Of a stretch of 64,000 nt of DNA, positions 62,415-64,000 are shown piece after piece. This DNA is from Clostridia bacterium (GTDB taxonomy: Bacteria > Bacillota > Clostridia > UBA1212 > DUPL01): assembly GCA_050951325.1 (NCBI GenBank), contig JBMNIW010000003.1:224001-288000 (forward strand), read 5' to 3'. The first letter of the stretch is position 1. Every line of letters begins with the position of its first letter. Position numbers and translations under genes: made by a program. Below the pieces are notes generated by a model. That model ran no database searches. It was not told where the DNA came from and worked only from the letters and a program-made list of their open reading frames with translations.

Positions 62415-64000
62415 TTGTTTTTCTTTGATGGTTCCTTTGGCACATACTATAAACAAATAACAAAACAGGATACATTGCCCGAGCATGCAAATATAAACAA
62501 CCCGGACATCGTATTCAAAATTCACAAAGGGTACGTAAACGCAGGCAGCAACGCAATAACCACCAACACCTTTTGTGCAAACTCATTAGCCTTCTCAACC
62601 AAAGAGGAAATTGAAGACTGCATAAAAAGAGGGTATGAAATTGCTAAAAAAGCTGCAGGCAACAACACTATGGTATTTGCCGATATTGGGTATGTTTACG
62701 ACAACTCCAACGAGATCTTTGACAATCCACAGGAGGAATACCTTTTCATTGCAGATACTTTCCTTAAGCTTGGGGCAAAAAACTTTCTGTTTGAAACGTT
62801 TGCAGAGTACGAAGTCGCAAAGCATGCAATGAAATATATCAGGCAGCATGACAAAGACGCAACAATCCATATTACCTTTGCAGTTTCACCGGACGGACTT
62901 ACAAGCAAAGGTCTAAACTATATTGATTTGATTAAAAGTGTAGTAAAGGACAATCTGGCAGATGGGACGGGACTAAACTGCATCTGCGGACCTGCCCATA
63001 TAAAGCAATTGATGGCTCAATTAATACAAACAGAAAACATTAACTTAAAACTCATAGCCATGCCCAACTCAGGCTACCCCTCAAGAGTTGACAACATGTA
63101 TTTTTATGATAATAACTCAAGCTATTTCGCAAAAGTTATGGCGGAAATCGCAGACCTTGGAATTTCTATACTTGGAGGCTGCTGCGGAACCAGCCCTGTT
63201 CACATAGAAAGAATGATTGATTATTTAACAAACAAGAAGGCGTCCATCCTTAATACAAACGACATAGGAAAAAGAAAAGAAAAAGATAACGAAGAAGTAA
63301 AAAGAAGTGTATTTTCGCAAAAGCTTGAAAAGGGAGAAAAGCCTATAGCAGTGGAACTGGATCCACCCCTTGACACGGATATCGGTTTTCTTGTTTCCTC
63401 TGCACAGGAGCTTAAGAAGCACGGAGCAGACGTGCTGACCTTCGCAGACTCCCCTCTTGCAAGAACAAGAGCCTGCAGCTTCCTTACAGCATCAAGAATC
63501 AAAAGGGAAGCGGATGTTGATGTTATGCCTCATATGACCTGTAGGGATAAAAACAATATAGGTATATCCTCAACCCTTATAGGTGGAGCAATTGACGGGA
63601 TAGGAAATATTCTCTGTGTAACAGGAGATCCGGCTAGCCACGGTACAAAGGGAGTATTTTCCTTCAACTCCTACAATCTTATCGAATATGTAAACAGGAT
63701 GAACAGTGAATACTTCAAATCCACCCCCTACTTCATAGGGGCCGCCCTGAACACAAGCGCTCCCAACTTCAAAAACGAGCTTGCAAGAGCTTTGAAGAAG
63801 GAAGAGATGGGTGCAAACTTCTTCATGACCCAGCCCATCTATTCAAAGGAGAACATAAAAAACTTAAAGGAGGCAAAAAAATCTCTTAATTCATACATCC
63901 TTGCGGGTATCCTGCCTTTTGCCAGTTACAAGAATGCTCTGTTTTTGAACAACGAGGTTTCAGGCATAGAGATACCAAAAGAAGTTTTGGATTCTCTGGA
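62415..64000 (+). CDS. yitJ: Bifunctional homocysteine S-methyltransferase/methylenetetrahydrofolate reductase (runs off window end)
   Basis: AAGGAGG RBS then TTG; FDGSFGT, TNTF, LFETF, GLNCICGP, GGCCGT, then VELDPP, ADSPLAR, HMTCRDKN, VTGD, MTQP. Confidence 0.9.
   Translation, partial: MFFFDGSFGTYYKQITKQDTLPEHANINNPDIVFKIHKGYVNAGSNAITTNTFCANSLAFSTKEEIEDCIKRGYEIAKKAAGNNTMVFADIGYVYDNSNEIFDNPQEEYLFIADTFLKLGAKNFLFETFAEYEVAKHAMKYIRQHDKDATIHITFAVSPDGLTSKGLNYIDLIKSVVKDNLADGTGLNCICGPAHIKQLMAQLIQTENINLKLIAMPNSGYPSRVDNMYFYDNNSSYFAKVMAEIADLGISILGGCCGTSPVHIERMIDYLTNKKASILNTNDIGKRKEKDNEEVKRSVFSQKLEKGEKPIAVELDPPLDTDIGFLVSSAQELKKHGADVLTFADSPLARTRACSFLTASRIKREADVDVMPHMTCRDKNNIGISSTLIGGAIDGIGNILCVTGDPASHGTKGVFSFNSYNLIEYVNRMNSEYFKSTPYFIGAALNTSAPNFKNELARALKKEEMGANFFMTQPIYSKENIKNLKEAKKSLNSYILAGILPFASYKNALFLNNEVSGIEIPKEVLDSL

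Overview
Chromosomal window from an AT-rich, anaerobic Clostridia-like firmicute, with almost all genes on the minus strand. Housekeeping genes include addA (partial), gap, trmL, adhE (split), rdgB, lepB, queH, ruvCAB, tRNA-Gly and tRNA-Arg, proS with a Pro T-box, ppdK, glyQS, yicC-remA-gmk-rpoZ, rsmE and yitJ (partial). Accessory blocks lie between them: a seven-gene MoxR/DUF58/RDD/SpoIIM membrane system; a single-chain NarX-NarL-type hybrid regulator beside a bactofilin gene; a surface LamG/GH2 glycan module; a decayed cassette-like islet after tRNA-Arg bounded by rlmD(rumA) 3'-end remnants and a 67-bp direct repeat; a prepilin cluster; and a TetR-ABC exporter. The strongest novelty candidate is a tight two-gene operon encoding a Bacteroidota-type serine palmitoyltransferase and a 3-ketodihydrosphingosine reductase-like SDR. 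This suggests sphingoid-base synthesis in a Gram-positive anaerobe. All homology calls come from motif recognition by eye; no searches were run.
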